From the IMG/VR virus record IMGVR_UViG_3300049491_000181, positions 1 to 56,132 of that record: DNA of 56,132 nt. One strand, given 5' to 3'. This document shows positions 9,815 to 18,509 of the stretch, one piece after another. Under the pieces are notes generated by a model that saw only the letters and a program-made list of their open reading frames with translations, had not been told where the DNA came from and did not search any database. The translations under genes and the position numbers were made by a program. Numbering within the stretch: the first letter of the stretch is position 1; each line of letters begins with the position of its first letter. Source of the stretch: a virus (lineage: Duplodnaviria; Caudoviricetes).

Positions 9815-11832
9815 ACGCACGCCCCCCAATTAATCCCGGTTGATTGTTCTGCGATGACCGGCACACGCAGTTTCAAGCATGTGTCCATGATGTGCTTGAC
9901 CTCGTTCAACGCTTCGGCGCCTTCGGCCGTCTGGGGTGTGCTGTGACCGGTTTCGTCGTGGCAGGTCAGCAGCATGTGCCCGAGTGTGCGGTGAATCCCC
10001 GTCTTCCACATGGCCGACATCGCAACCTTCATCAAATCGGCGGCGCTGCCTTGCAGTAGTCGATTCAGTGCCTTGTGTGTGAATGCACGCACGACCCTGC
10101 CGTTGTAAGCATCAATGGCCCGGTCATACGGGAGCGCCTTGTTTTTCTTTTCGTCGTCGCTCTTGAAGCGGGGTTCCCACAGTTCAAACCTGGCACGGCG
10201 ACCTAGCACGGTCTTGATCCATCCCCGGTCTCGCGCCATCTCGCTGACGCTGTCATAGGTCTTTTTCACGAACGGCACCGCAGTGTGATACGTGCGGAAT
10301 AGTTCAGAGCCATCATCCTTGCTCAAACCAAGATCATTGGCGAGCTTGGTCTGGCCCATACCGTAGGTTAAACCGAAGTTGATGTTTTTGATCGGCTTGC
10401 GGTGTTGCTTGTGAAGCTCGGGCGTGCTGATGTCCCAACCGGCCACCGGTGCGACCATTCCAAGCGTCATCTCATGGAAGTCCGTGTTGGGGTCTTCGTT
10501 GTACTGCTGGCGCACGATGTTCCCAGACGGCCCGCGCGCGTAGTGTGCCAGAAACCGGTATTCAATCTGCGACCAATCATGGCGGCCCCAAAGTTCCCCA
10601 TCTTCAGGCAGGAACAACGCCCGCAGCTTCGGCCCCCATACCGGGTCCCGTACCGGGATATTCTGGAGGTTGGGGAGCGACGAGGAGAACCGGCCGGAGA
10701 CCGTGCCGTTGTCGTCGCCCTTGAGCGGGTGAAACAGGGCATGCAAACGGCCATTGACATGCAGGTCCAAGACGTAGCCCCGCACGAACGTGTCGCGGTA
10801 CTTTGCCAGCTTGCGGCGTTCAACGATCAGCTGCGCCACTGGATGACTGCACCGTTCGAGGAATTCTTTTGCGAATGATGGTTGGCCGGTCGGGGTCCGT
10901 GGGAACTCCACACCGGCTGCTTTGAACAGGCGTTCGAGGTCACCTTTGGCGGTGGTTGAGATTGGGCGCCCGGCCACACCGGCAATGCGGGCGTCGATCA
11001 GGTCAATTGCTGCCGTAAGCTCATCGTCCAACCGCTTCGCATATTCCACATCGACACGCACACCGCGTTGGCGCATGTGAACTAGCGGTTCAATCAAACT
11101 CGTTTCCAGATCGAACAGGCTCGAAAGGTCTTGCTCTGCAAGCAATGCTTTTTGCTTCTCCCACACAAGCAGAGGGCCGTCAACGTCCCCCTGCGCATAT
11201 GGCCCAACCAAACACGGCGGAGCGCGCCAGATGTTTGCGCGGTACGTATCAACGTCACCATATGCCCGGATCAGCCATTCCTGCAAAGCGTCCTTCACTT
11301 TGCCGGTACCCATGTAGTCGCGCATCAGGGCTTGCAGGTTGTACGTGAAGCGGTTTTCATCGAGCAACGCTTCGGCAAACTGTACGTCGATGAATGGCCC
11401 CGTGACCGGCACGCCCTCCGACCAAAGCGCATCTACGTCATACATCAGGTTGGCGCCTACTTTGGTCTGCCCGGGCGTGCAGAGATTGTCGCGCGCCCAG
11501 GCAAGAACATGGCCCGGGTCGAGGTTCTGCTCTGGGGCAATCGTGTGGCGCATCGGGAAGTACCACCGATCACCCTCGGGTGTACCTACGGCAATGCCGA
11601 CGATGTGCGCCCCATCATCGCCGTCGCGCCGGAACCCTGGCCCTTTGGTGGTTAGCGCCGTGTCCTTGGTCTCGGTATCGAGGCCAAGGACACGGCACTC
11701 AGCAAGTCTAGGGAATTCCGTAGGTGCAACCCATCCGTTCTCAGGAATGGGCGGAATGGGTCGAGCATAGACAGACCGCCCCGCCCGCGTCTGGAGGTCT
11801 TCCCAAAAGAAGCCGAGTGCGTCATCGCGCAT
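9811..11832 (-). CDS. polA: Family A DNA polymerase with 3'-5' exonuclease domain (673 aa)
   Basis: ExoI LDTET; GRFSSSLPNLQNIP; motif A DWSQIEYR; motif B KNINFGLTYG; motif C HDE. Confidence 0.95.
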   Translation of the reverse strand: MRDDALGFFWEDLQTRAGRSVYARPIPPIPENGWVAPTEFPRLAECRVLGLDTETKDTALTTKGPGFRRDGDDGAHIVGIAVGTPEGDRWYFPMRHTIAPEQNLDPGHVLAWARDNLCTPGQTKVGANLMYDVDALWSEGVPVTGPFIDVQFAEALLDENRFTYNLQALMRDYMGTGKVKDALQEWLIRAYGDVDTYRANIWRAPPCLVGPYAQGDVDGPLLVWEKQKALLAEQDLSSLFDLETSLIEPLVHMRQRGVRVDVEYAKRLDDELTAAIDLIDARIAGVAGRPISTTAKGDLERLFKAAGVEFPRTPTGQPSFAKEFLERCSHPVAQLIVERRKLAKYRDTFVRGYVLDLHVNGRLHALFHPLKGDDNGTVSGRFSSSLPNLQNIPVRDPVWGPKLRALFLPEDGELWGRHDWSQIEYRFLAHYARGPSGNIVRQQYNEDPNTDFHEMTLGMVAPVAGWDISTPELHKQHRKPIKNINFGLTYGMGQTKLANDLGLSKDDGSELFRTYHTAVPFVKKTYDSVSEMARDRGWIKTVLGRRARFELWEPRFKSDDEKKNKALPYDRAIDAYNGRVVRAFTHKALNRLLQGSAADLMKVAMSAMWKTGIHRTLGHMLLTCHDETGHSTPQTAEGAEALNEVKHIMDTCLKLRVPVIAEQSTGINWGACV

Positions 11833-12053
11833 TTCACGAGCCGCAGCCGATCAACGCGTCGATGTAGTCAATGGCGTTTGGCCACCCCATTCTGCGATCA
11901 TCGCTCATGATTTCCCTCCTACAAAAGCTGCAAAAGCTGCTAACACACTAAACACGGCGCTGATGGCCGCCCCAACTGCGAAAAATAGCGCCATTGTTTC
12001 AGTGCTGCTGCCAACTGAGCATGCCAAGCAACCCCATGTCGCTACATCAAAAC

Positions 12054-12077
12054 GGCTATGCGGATTAACTTGTGGAA
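12054..12077. repeat. ISL3 terminal inverted repeat (transposase 3' end; contains its stop codon)
   Basis: GGCT-start ISL3-type end next to the TSD. Confidence 0.9.
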
Positions 12078-13489
12078 CGGCCATGCGTGTGAGTGAGTGC
12101 GCTCGTGTGGAATCGCTCGTGGCAGGGACGGCATACGACCATGACCTTTCTGTGCTCCCCGGCCACCAAGGGCAGGGTCTGGTGTATCTGCAGCTCGGCG
12201 GGCTCGAAGACACCGCCACAGGACTGGCAACGGTTTCCGGCCGCTGCGATGGCGTGCCGCCGCTCCATCTGGCTGATGCGTCTGGTCGGGTCCATCTTCA
12301 GAGGCTCCGGGGTTGGGGCCTGCTGGGGCGGCAACCCCTTGCCGAACAGCAGGCGGGCGCGCAGCACGTCGAAGCTGTAGCCCCGGCCGGCACGGTTGAT
12401 GGTCTTGGCGACCCCGTTCAGTGCTTCGGTGTAGGCGTTGCTGATGGGGTGGTCGAAGTACGCCAGAATTTCCCGGCGCCAGTTCTTCATGCTGGTGGTC
12501 AGCACCTTGAAGTCGGCCTTCAGGTCGGCCGGGATGGTGGCGGCGAAGCCGTCATAGGCGGCGACGGCCTGGGCCTTGGGCATGTCGTAGATGCCGTAGA
12601 ACGCTTCCTTCAGCCCGTGGGCGGCCTTCAGGGTCGGCTCGTTGTCCAGCCACATGTCCACGTTGAACCGCTGCTTCTCGGTCAGCTTGCCGTAGCGCAT
12701 GTTCAGCAGGGCCTTGGAGCGCAGCCAGTCCCGGCGCTCGCCCGACTTCTTGACCTTCTGCAGCCGGATGCGGACCCGCTCCATGCAGTAGCTGGCCGTC
12801 CTGACGACGTGGAACTTGTCGATGACCACGGGCACGCCGGGCAGCATGTGCCGGGCCACGTCGCGGTAAGGGCGCCACATGTCGATGGCGACGCCCTGGA
12901 CGTGGCTGCGGTCCCGGTAGTGGTTCAACCAGGTGGTCAGCGTGCCTTTGTCACGCTCGGCCAGCATCTCGATGGGGCGGTGCGCGCCGATGTCGGTGAT
13001 GACGCAGCGCATCTTCCCGTCAATCTGCGTCTCGTCGATGCCCAGCCAGGCCGGCAGGGCGGGCCGGTAGCCAGCCCCGATGGCGGCGATGTGGTCGCCA
13101 GCCAGGCTCCGCACGGTCTTGTCGTCGCAGCCGATGTTGTCGGCGATGCGGACGAAGGTGTCCCGCAGGCACTGCTGCTTGATGAAGGCGGCGCAGCGCT
13201 CAGTCATGCGCATGTCCTCTTGGATGCCACCCATCGGCTGCAGGAACGTCTCCCCGCACTCCCGGCACTTGTACCGCCGCACCCTGGCAAGGATGCGGGT
13301 GGCGTGCCCACGGATGGGGCTGTCGCGGAACGTGGTGAGCTTGGTGCCGTGCTTGTACAGACGGTCCAGCACGCCGCACTTCTGGCAGGCGGCCGGCTGA
13401 ACGGTGTACTCGGCTTCCAGTTCGTACTCCGCGCCGTCGAGGCGCTTCCCCAGGACGGTCCAGCCTGGCAGGTCGAGGATGTCGGTCAT
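12065..13489 (-). CDS. ISL3-family DDE transposase with C-terminal degenerate HNH/Zn-finger domain (474 aa)
   Basis: N-terminal zinc finger CQKC...CREC; LGIDET, VAIDMWRPY, IDKFHV and SNAYTEALN motifs; tail CQSCG..LQIHQTLP...VCRPCH. Confidence 0.92.
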   Translation of the reverse strand: MTDILDLPGWTVLGKRLDGAEYELEAEYTVQPAACQKCGVLDRLYKHGTKLTTFRDSPIRGHATRILARVRRYKCRECGETFLQPMGGIQEDMRMTERCAAFIKQQCLRDTFVRIADNIGCDDKTVRSLAGDHIAAIGAGYRPALPAWLGIDETQIDGKMRCVITDIGAHRPIEMLAERDKGTLTTWLNHYRDRSHVQGVAIDMWRPYRDVARHMLPGVPVVIDKFHVVRTASYCMERVRIRLQKVKKSGERRDWLRSKALLNMRYGKLTEKQRFNVDMWLDNEPTLKAAHGLKEAFYGIYDMPKAQAVAAYDGFAATIPADLKADFKVLTTSMKNWRREILAYFDHPISNAYTEALNGVAKTINRAGRGYSFDVLRARLLFGKGLPPQQAPTPEPLKMDPTRRISQMERRHAIAAAGNRCQSCGGVFEPAELQIHQTLPLVAGEHRKVMVVCRPCHERFHTSALTHTHGRSTS

Positions 13490-13852
13490 TCACGAATTGT
13501 CCGGCGCCACAAGCGCCTGCCTGATGGCATCCTTCCAGCTCTCCCTGACGTGCGTCGCTGGAGCTTCCAGCATGCGGCGCAGAAGCTGATGCAGGCGGTC
13601 AATCTCCACCGAGGAGTTGATTGAATGCCGACGCAGGTCTTCGTACCCGGCATGCTTCGCGTCCAGCGCTGCTCGGAGCAGCTTGGACTCGACCTCGGCC
13701 GCGATTGCCCGCCGATAGAGTTCAGGGTCCATCGTCATATTCACCTTTATGGCGTACAGCTCGGGCTCGTCATCCGGCAGCCGCACAGACTCTGGGCAAT
13801 CGCATGTGTCACACATGCCGTCGCACTTTCGGGTGTGTTGGTGGTAGCTCAT
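13490..13852 (-). CDS. Transposon passenger protein (120 aa)
   Basis: CDGMCDTCDC N-terminus and coiled coil; its stop abuts the transposase ATG. Confidence 0.6.
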   Translation of the reverse strand: MSYHQHTRKCDGMCDTCDCPESVRLPDDEPELYAIKVNMTMDPELYRRAIAAEVESKLLRAALDAKHAGYEDLRRHSINSSVEIDRLHQLLRRMLEAPATHVRESWKDAIRQALVAPDNS

Positions 13853-14085
13853 GCTTCGTAGTCTGTGCAGTCATCGCAGCCGTTGCAGCCGTCAGCGCAG
13901 CGCCACAGGTCGCCCAGGCGCCCACCAGCCTTCACCACGCATGCGCGACCAGGACCGCGCCCGGCGCCATCGCATGTGCAAGGCTTGCGCGTATCAGCCG
14001 GCCCGACGCTCTGGTCAGGGTCGCCAGCTTCAGCCTCGCGCGCCGCATCAGCGCGAGCTTGTGATTCGGTGTGGCTCACCTTCAT
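13849..14085 (-). CDS. Transposon passenger protein, Cys-rich (78 aa)
   Basis: ATGA overlaps on both sides; CTC...C...CADGCNGCDDC. Confidence 0.55.
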   Translation of the reverse strand: MKVSHTESQARADAAREAEAGDPDQSVGPADTRKPCTCDGAGRGPGRACVVKAGGRLGDLWRCADGCNGCDDCTDYEA

Positions 14086-14504
14086 GCCGCGTCGCGCACT
14101 TCGCGGAACTCATCGCTCGGCGCCTGCTGCCGCAGTTGGCGGCCGAAGTCCAGCAGCCGCGCGTGCAGGTCGGGGCGGAAGGTGGCGAACACGTCACTGC
14201 AGTGCAGCACGTCCTTCAGCAGCGAAACCAGTTCGCGCTCGGGCTGCCCGGCGTCTTGCGGGGCGTTCGAGTGTGCTTGCCGCATGGCGCACCACATCTC
14301 TTTGGTTTCGTCCAGCGTGAGGCGGCGGCGCGTTGAGACCGAGTTTTCCCACAGCCACGTCTCAATGGTGCGCAGGGCTTGCGCGCCATGCTCTGACCGC
14401 ACGTTCAGGGTCTTTGCCGCTGGCGTTGCGGCGCGGCGCGGCAGCGGCTGAATCTCGACGGGCACTCGGCCAGCGCTGCGCGGGAATGGGGAATTGGTTC
14501 GCAT
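14082..14504 (-). CDS. Transposon passenger protein (140 aa)
   Basis: GGAG RBS; ATGA coupling downstream. Confidence 0.55.
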   Translation of the reverse strand: MRTNSPFPRSAGRVPVEIQPLPRRAATPAAKTLNVRSEHGAQALRTIETWLWENSVSTRRRLTLDETKEMWCAMRQAHSNAPQDAGQPERELVSLLKDVLHCSDVFATFRPDLHARLLDFGRQLRQQAPSDEFREVRDAA

Positions 14505-14516
14505 GTCGTTCTCCGT

Positions 14517-14747
14517 TTAGGTTGCCTTGCGTGCCCAGACCGCTGGGCAATGCACGTTGTGCGTCATGTCGGCGGCATCGTCTAAGCGCGCCCAACCACT
14601 CCACCGCATGCTCATCCAGTTACCGCAGGCCGGGCACACGACACGGCCGGGGCCGTTTTCTTCGTGCTCGTCCACGGGCTCAATCTTTGCCAGCATCTCA
14701 AGTACGGCGCGCGGCATCGCCACTGCAGCCCAGTCTTGTTTTTCCAT
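14517..14747 (-). CDS. Transposon passenger protein, putative Zn-binding (76 aa)
   Basis: TGATG coupling; CPACG...HNVHCP motif common in small phage proteins. Confidence 0.6.
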   Translation of the reverse strand: MEKQDWAAVAMPRAVLEMLAKIEPVDEHEENGPGRVVCPACGNWMSMRWSGWARLDDAADMTHNVHCPAVWARKAT

Positions 14748-14920
14748 CACTGCTGCCCCGCTGCCATCGCAATCATGCGGTCTTGCCACGCCCGCTCAGC
14801 GGCGCGGTCGGCGGCCGGGTCGCGGGCCTTCGCCTGCTGCCCCACGTACTCGGTTTGCTGGAACGGGGTGCGCTGCTGCTTGTTGGCAATCAGGCGGTCA
14901 ATGGCTTGGGCTTGGTTCAT
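14747..14920 (-). CDS. Transposon passenger protein (57 aa)
   Basis: GGAAAG RBS; first gene inside the TIR. Confidence 0.55.
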   Translation of the reverse strand: MNQAQAIDRLIANKQQRTPFQQTEYVGQQAKARDPAADRAAERAWQDRMIAMAAGQQ

Positions 14921-14974
14921 GGTGTCGCTTTCCACACGTTATTCCGTTCTTTGACTATAGAGCAACCTCATGGA

Positions 14975-14998
14975 TTCCACAAGTTATTCCGGAGAGCC
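14975..14998. repeat. ISL3 terminal inverted repeat (upstream end)
   Basis: TTCCACAAGTTATTCCGGAGAGCC followed by the TSD; subterminal 16/17 copy at 14930-14946. Confidence 0.9.
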
Positions 14999-15021
14999 AT
15001 CAAAACGTGTTGCCGTGTTGT

Positions 15022-15993
15022 TCACCGCAGACCCCCAAACACGCCGACAAGATCACCCGACCGAAATGCGTGTGTATCTCGCCGGGGTGTATGCCACTGT
15101 ATATCCGAAGCGTTTGCGAACACAAGCGAGGCGGTGCGCGCGTTGACCTTGCCGGATTCAGGGAGCGGCGCGAGGTCCGATGCCACGAGTGAATCATCTT
15201 CCAGGCACAGGCTGTTGTCTTTGAAGATGACCGCGGGGTGGCGGAGGTCGGCCAGTTTTGCCGCAACATCAAGCATTGATCGCAGATCAGTGTTTGCTGT
15301 CTCCCACAAATCAGGTAGCCCATCAACCAACCCGTCCACGGTATCGGTCGGCCACTTCCCAGCAACCAACTGGCACCGCACCCAGATGTCACCCTCCAGA
15401 AAGAACGTTGCCGATTGGTCATCGACGGCGATGCTATCAATGGCCCCGCAACTCAGGATCGCTTCAACCGAAGCACCGGGCAGGTTTATGGATTGCTCGA
15501 TCAGCGTGTGAACCGTCACCCGGGCCACGATCACGTTATTGGTGGCGTAAACATGGTGCGCGTTGACACAGATGGCGGTCGCCCACGGGCGGCTGGCGTC
15601 GGTCGCCACAAACGGCAGCAGCTGGAGTAGTGCGTTGGCGAGTCCAGCGGCGCCGTGGGGCGTTTTCTCAGTGGGCCCGGTACGTGGGTACTGCCCCGGG
15701 TCCAGCAACGCGATTTTGGCGCGTATCCGCCCGGCGTTGACGACCAATCGCTGCCCGTCATCGCCCACCTTGACGGTAGGCGCCACCGGGCAGGCGTTCC
15801 ACACCGCCAACAGTCGATCAGCATTCACCAGGCAAGGCGGGAGGTCAGTTGGCGCATCGACCGTGTATCGGCCATTCTGCGCCTGTATCCGGCGCCGCCC
15901 GGCAGTGTCATCGTACACAAGCAGGTTCGACAACACCGGGTTAAGGTTGCTCCCGGCGTGATCGACCAGGAACCGGATGGCTGCGGCTTCCAT
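15022..15993 (-). CDS. DNA polymerase beta-clamp-like processivity factor (323 aa)
   Basis: PVLSNLL, FVATDASRPWATAI, YATNNV and LVAGKWP resemble DnaN-like phage clamps; lies between dpdA and polA. Confidence 0.7.
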   Translation of the reverse strand: MEAAAIRFLVDHAGSNLNPVLSNLLVYDDTAGRRRIQAQNGRYTVDAPTDLPPCLVNADRLLAVWNACPVAPTVKVGDDGQRLVVNAGRIRAKIALLDPGQYPRTGPTEKTPHGAAGLANALLQLLPFVATDASRPWATAICVNAHHVYATNNVIVARVTVHTLIEQSINLPGASVEAILSCGAIDSIAVDDQSATFFLEGDIWVRCQLVAGKWPTDTVDGLVDGLPDLWETANTDLRSMLDVAAKLADLRHPAVIFKDNSLCLEDDSLVASDLAPLPESGKVNARTASLVFANASDIQWHTPRRDTHAFRSGDLVGVFGGLR

Positions 15994-15994
15994 A

Positions 15995-16918
15995 TCAAAA
16001 GAACGTCACAGCAGACCGCTTGAACACGGGCCGCAGCCCCTTGGCGTACTCTTTGAAGAATCGGATATTCCACTTGTCGCGCATGCCGTGCATCGTGCCG
16101 AGTAGTTCAGGATCGAAACCCTGTGCCCGGATGATCCCATCATAGTGTAATTGCGTGTGCGGGTCGAGGCTCCAATAAGACTGGTCCTCGTCGTGAACGC
16201 TTGATGACCGACGACTGATGGCGAATGATTTTGGCCGGCCGTCTGGCCGCCTTAGCAGGATGTTCCCGAAACGCCCGACCATTAGCCACGATGTTGAGTC
16301 AACACTGAACCACGGGTAACGCTCCATCAGTTCAAACGTGGTCAGGCCGAAGCCGTGAACCTTGACGCGGGCGCTACCGTCAGGCAGTGCGAGATACTTG
16401 TCCCAAATGTGGTCGAGCCAGTCAACGAGATAACCCGTGGTTTCGGGAACCATGCCGCCAAGAAAGATGTAGTCATAACCCTCGTCCAGATACTTGACGA
16501 GCCATGAGTCGTGATCCCGGGCGTGGTGTACCGGACACACACGCACCGGCAGCTTCAGTGACTCGAGGTACTTCTGATTATCGTAGCTGCCCTGTTCCTG
16601 ATTGCGCCCGATCACATCGACATTTGACGCAATCTCGAGGATGTCAGGGCGTTCGCAGATATACTCCGCGTAGGCGTCAAGGTCAACTTCGGCGCCGAGG
16701 GTGAACATCGAGAACGCGCCGGAGTCGAGAAAGATTTGGCACCTGGCTTTGCGTATTACATCATCGAGGTTCTGCTTGCGAATGTAGTGATATGACTCGA
16801 GGTGATACGGGTAGACCTCGGACGCCGTAGCGGCCACATTGGGGTTTACCGCGTCGGGGTCGCCCCAGCCGCTATGGAACTTGGCTGCGATGTAAATACG
16901 GAGGTCTTGCGGTTCCAT
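15995..16918 (-). CDS. dpdA: DpdA-like DNA 7-deazaguanine transglycosylase, TGT fold (307 aa)
   Basis: LESYHY, IFLDSGAFS, PVHH, LGGMV, VHGFG, YPWFSVDSTSW motifs; clustered with folE/queCDE. Confidence 0.8.
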   Translation of the reverse strand: MEPQDLRIYIAAKFHSGWGDPDAVNPNVAATASEVYPYHLESYHYIRKQNLDDVIRKARCQIFLDSGAFSMFTLGAEVDLDAYAEYICERPDILEIASNVDVIGRNQEQGSYDNQKYLESLKLPVRVCPVHHARDHDSWLVKYLDEGYDYIFLGGMVPETTGYLVDWLDHIWDKYLALPDGSARVKVHGFGLTTFELMERYPWFSVDSTSWLMVGRFGNILLRRPDGRPKSFAISRRSSSVHDEDQSYWSLDPHTQLHYDGIIRAQGFDPELLGTMHGMRDKWNIRFFKEYAKGLRPVFKRSAVTFF

Positions 16919-16990
16919 TTCACCCCCGCCCCCAACGATACGCAACGATCATCAACCACACGAAACAAGCAACCGCCCAGGTGATCGGGT

Positions 16991-17173
16991 TCACGGCTTG
17001 ACCTTTCGCTTCACGTACTTCGCACCCTTGGCCGTCAGTTCAAGGCTGAAGATCGCCTTGACCTTGGCAGACGGTTCCTGCACCCGGTTGGGATATCGCG
17101 GGTTAGCGTACTCCGCGGCAATCTTGCCTTGATAGTCCGGGTGGAACGGGTGGCGCACATCGTAGTCGCTCAC
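16991..17173 (-). CDS. Hypothetical protein (60 aa)
   Basis: GTGA coupling. Confidence 0.45.
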   Translation of the reverse strand: MSDYDVRHPFHPDYQGKIAAEYANPRYPNRVQEPSAKVKAIFSLELTAKGAKYVKRKVKP

Positions 17174-17379
17174 ACCATACCCTTTTCAATGGCCAACCAT
17201 TCAGGAATGAACACGCTAGTCGTTCCGTAACCGGGGCTGTCGTCCGGCCCGTCGCACCAATCGCTTATCTGCGATTTCGGCAGCCACACCTCATCCTTAA
17301 CGCCGAAGTTGACCAGGATGGCCCGATCAGTGACACGCCGCACAACTACGGCAATTTCAATCTCCGCTGCTTGTTTCAT
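17170..17379 (-). CDS. Conserved small phage protein (69 aa)
   Basis: TDRAILV...VWLPKSQI...IPEWLAIEKG pattern. Confidence 0.7.
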   Translation of the reverse strand: MKQAAEIEIAVVVRRVTDRAILVNFGVKDEVWLPKSQISDWCDGPDDSPGYGTTSVFIPEWLAIEKGMV

Positions 17380-17400
17380 ACCAACCGCCCCAGCGACGCA

Positions 17401-17778
17401 TCACCGACCAGGATCGACGGCGGGGCGGATCAGTTCGACACCGACCGGGCGCCACATGTGGAGGCAATAGTTGTGGTTGTTCACCCATTCGCTGCGGGGC
17501 GGGTGAAACTGGACGACGGTGTCATCGTCATCCCAGAAATGCGCTTTGATAAAGCACATCTCCTTCCATTCCGGTACGCGATGCGGCAAGCTTACACTAA
17601 CGTGCTCCCACTTCTGCGTATTGTCGGGCATTCCATCGCCATCACTGGCGATGACCTTGAACGGTGGCCCAGAGCCCGGGCGTCCAGGAATGAAAAAAGC
17701 ACCGTTGTTGCCATAGGTTGCATCACTCCCCATAGGCCCACTACGATGCCGGTATTGCTCTGGAACCCTGAACATCAC
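17401..17778 (-). CDS. Conserved phage protein (125 aa; probable 1-nt frameshift near the C-terminus)
   Basis: WEHVSVS...PEWKEMC.IK..FW...QFHP...VNNH.YCLHMWRP family motif. Confidence 0.75.
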   Translation of the reverse strand: MMFRVPEQYRHRSGPMGSDATYGNNGAFFIPGRPGSGPPFKVIASDGDGMPDNTQKWEHVSVSLPHRVPEWKEMCFIKAHFWDDDDTVVQFHPPRSEWVNNHNYCLHMWRPVGVELIRPAVDPGR

Positions 17779-18509
17779 GCCTCCCGAATCAGACTGAAGA
17801 ATTCTGCCCGTGCCGCAGCGTCATCCTTGATGGCGCCTCGAACAACGCTAGTCGTCATGACCGAATCACCCGGCTCTTTGACGCCGCGCCATGTCATGCA
17901 CATGTGCGACGCCTTGACGACCACGGCCAGCCCTTTCGGGTTGGCGCGTTCCATGATGATGTCGGCGAGCTGGATGGTGGCCTCCTCTTGAATCTGCGGC
18001 CGGCTAAACACCCAGTCTACCAAACGGGCAAACTTCGACAAACCGATAACGCTGTCTTCGCCCGGTATCACACCAATCCAGGCACGACCGATGACTGGTG
18101 CCAGGTGGTGCGAACACAAGCTGCGGACCGTCAGCGGGCCGACCGTGTAAAGCTCATCCAGGCGCATCGCGTTGGGGAATGCGGTGATGTCCGGCTGCGG
18201 TTGAAACCGGCCCTTCATTACCTCCGTCACGTACATCTTTGCCACGCGCCGCGCAGTCCCGACCGTGTTGTGATCGTTGGGAACGTCAATGTAAAGCTCT
18301 TTCAGCAACCGCTGCACCGCCAGCGCGACACGCTGAATGTGTGCGTCGGTACCGATTCCGGTGTGATCGGGTAAGCCGTCCATCAGGTTGGAGTTGGCAC
18401 GCATGTCAACGCCGGCTTTTTTGAGCGTATCGAAGTGATACACCCAAGCAGTGTCGAAGGCCTCGGCACGTTCGAGACTATCGCGATCAACGATGTCATG
18501 ATCCATCAT
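17775..18509 (-). CDS. folE: GTP cyclohydrolase I (244 aa)
   Basis: TARRVAKMY, SLCSHHL, IGLSKFAR, RPQIQE, HMCMTWRGV. Confidence 0.95.
   Translation of the reverse strand: MMDHDIVDRDSLERAEAFDTAWVYHFDTLKKAGVDMRANSNLMDGLPDHTGIGTDAHIQRVALAVQRLLKELYIDVPNDHNTVGTARRVAKMYVTEVMKGRFQPQPDITAFPNAMRLDELYTVGPLTVRSLCSHHLAPVIGRAWIGVIPGEDSVIGLSKFARLVDWVFSRPQIQEEATIQLADIIMERANPKGLAVVVKASHMCMTWRGVKEPGDSVMTTSVVRGAIKDDAAARAEFFSLIREA

Larger units (their letters stand above)
12054..14998 (-). mobile_element. ISL3-family transposon with five passenger genes (2,945 bp)
   Basis: 24-bp TIRs GGCTATGCGGATTAACTTGTGGAA and GGCTCTCCGGAATAACTTGTGGAA (21/24 match); 8-bp TSD ATCAAAAC at 12046-12053 and 14999-15006; ISL3 transposase inside. 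Confidence 0.92.
11905..15025 (-). pseudogene. 55-aa membrane protein gene split by the ISL3 transposon (15025-14999 joined to 12045-11905)
   Basis: Removing the element and one TSD gives an intact ORF, MNNTATRFDVATWGCLACSVGSSTETMALFFAVGAAISAVFSVLAAFAAFVGGKS, whose GTG overlaps the clamp-gene stop. Confidence 0.75.

Noticed and set aside
11963-13624. 553-aa plus-strand ORF
   Set aside because: Antisense shadow of the GC-rich transposase; it crosses the TIR and has no recognisable motifs
14333-15511. 392-aa plus-strand ORF
   Set aside because: Arg/Ser/Pro-rich shadow that spans the transposon boundary, opposite coupled minus-strand genes
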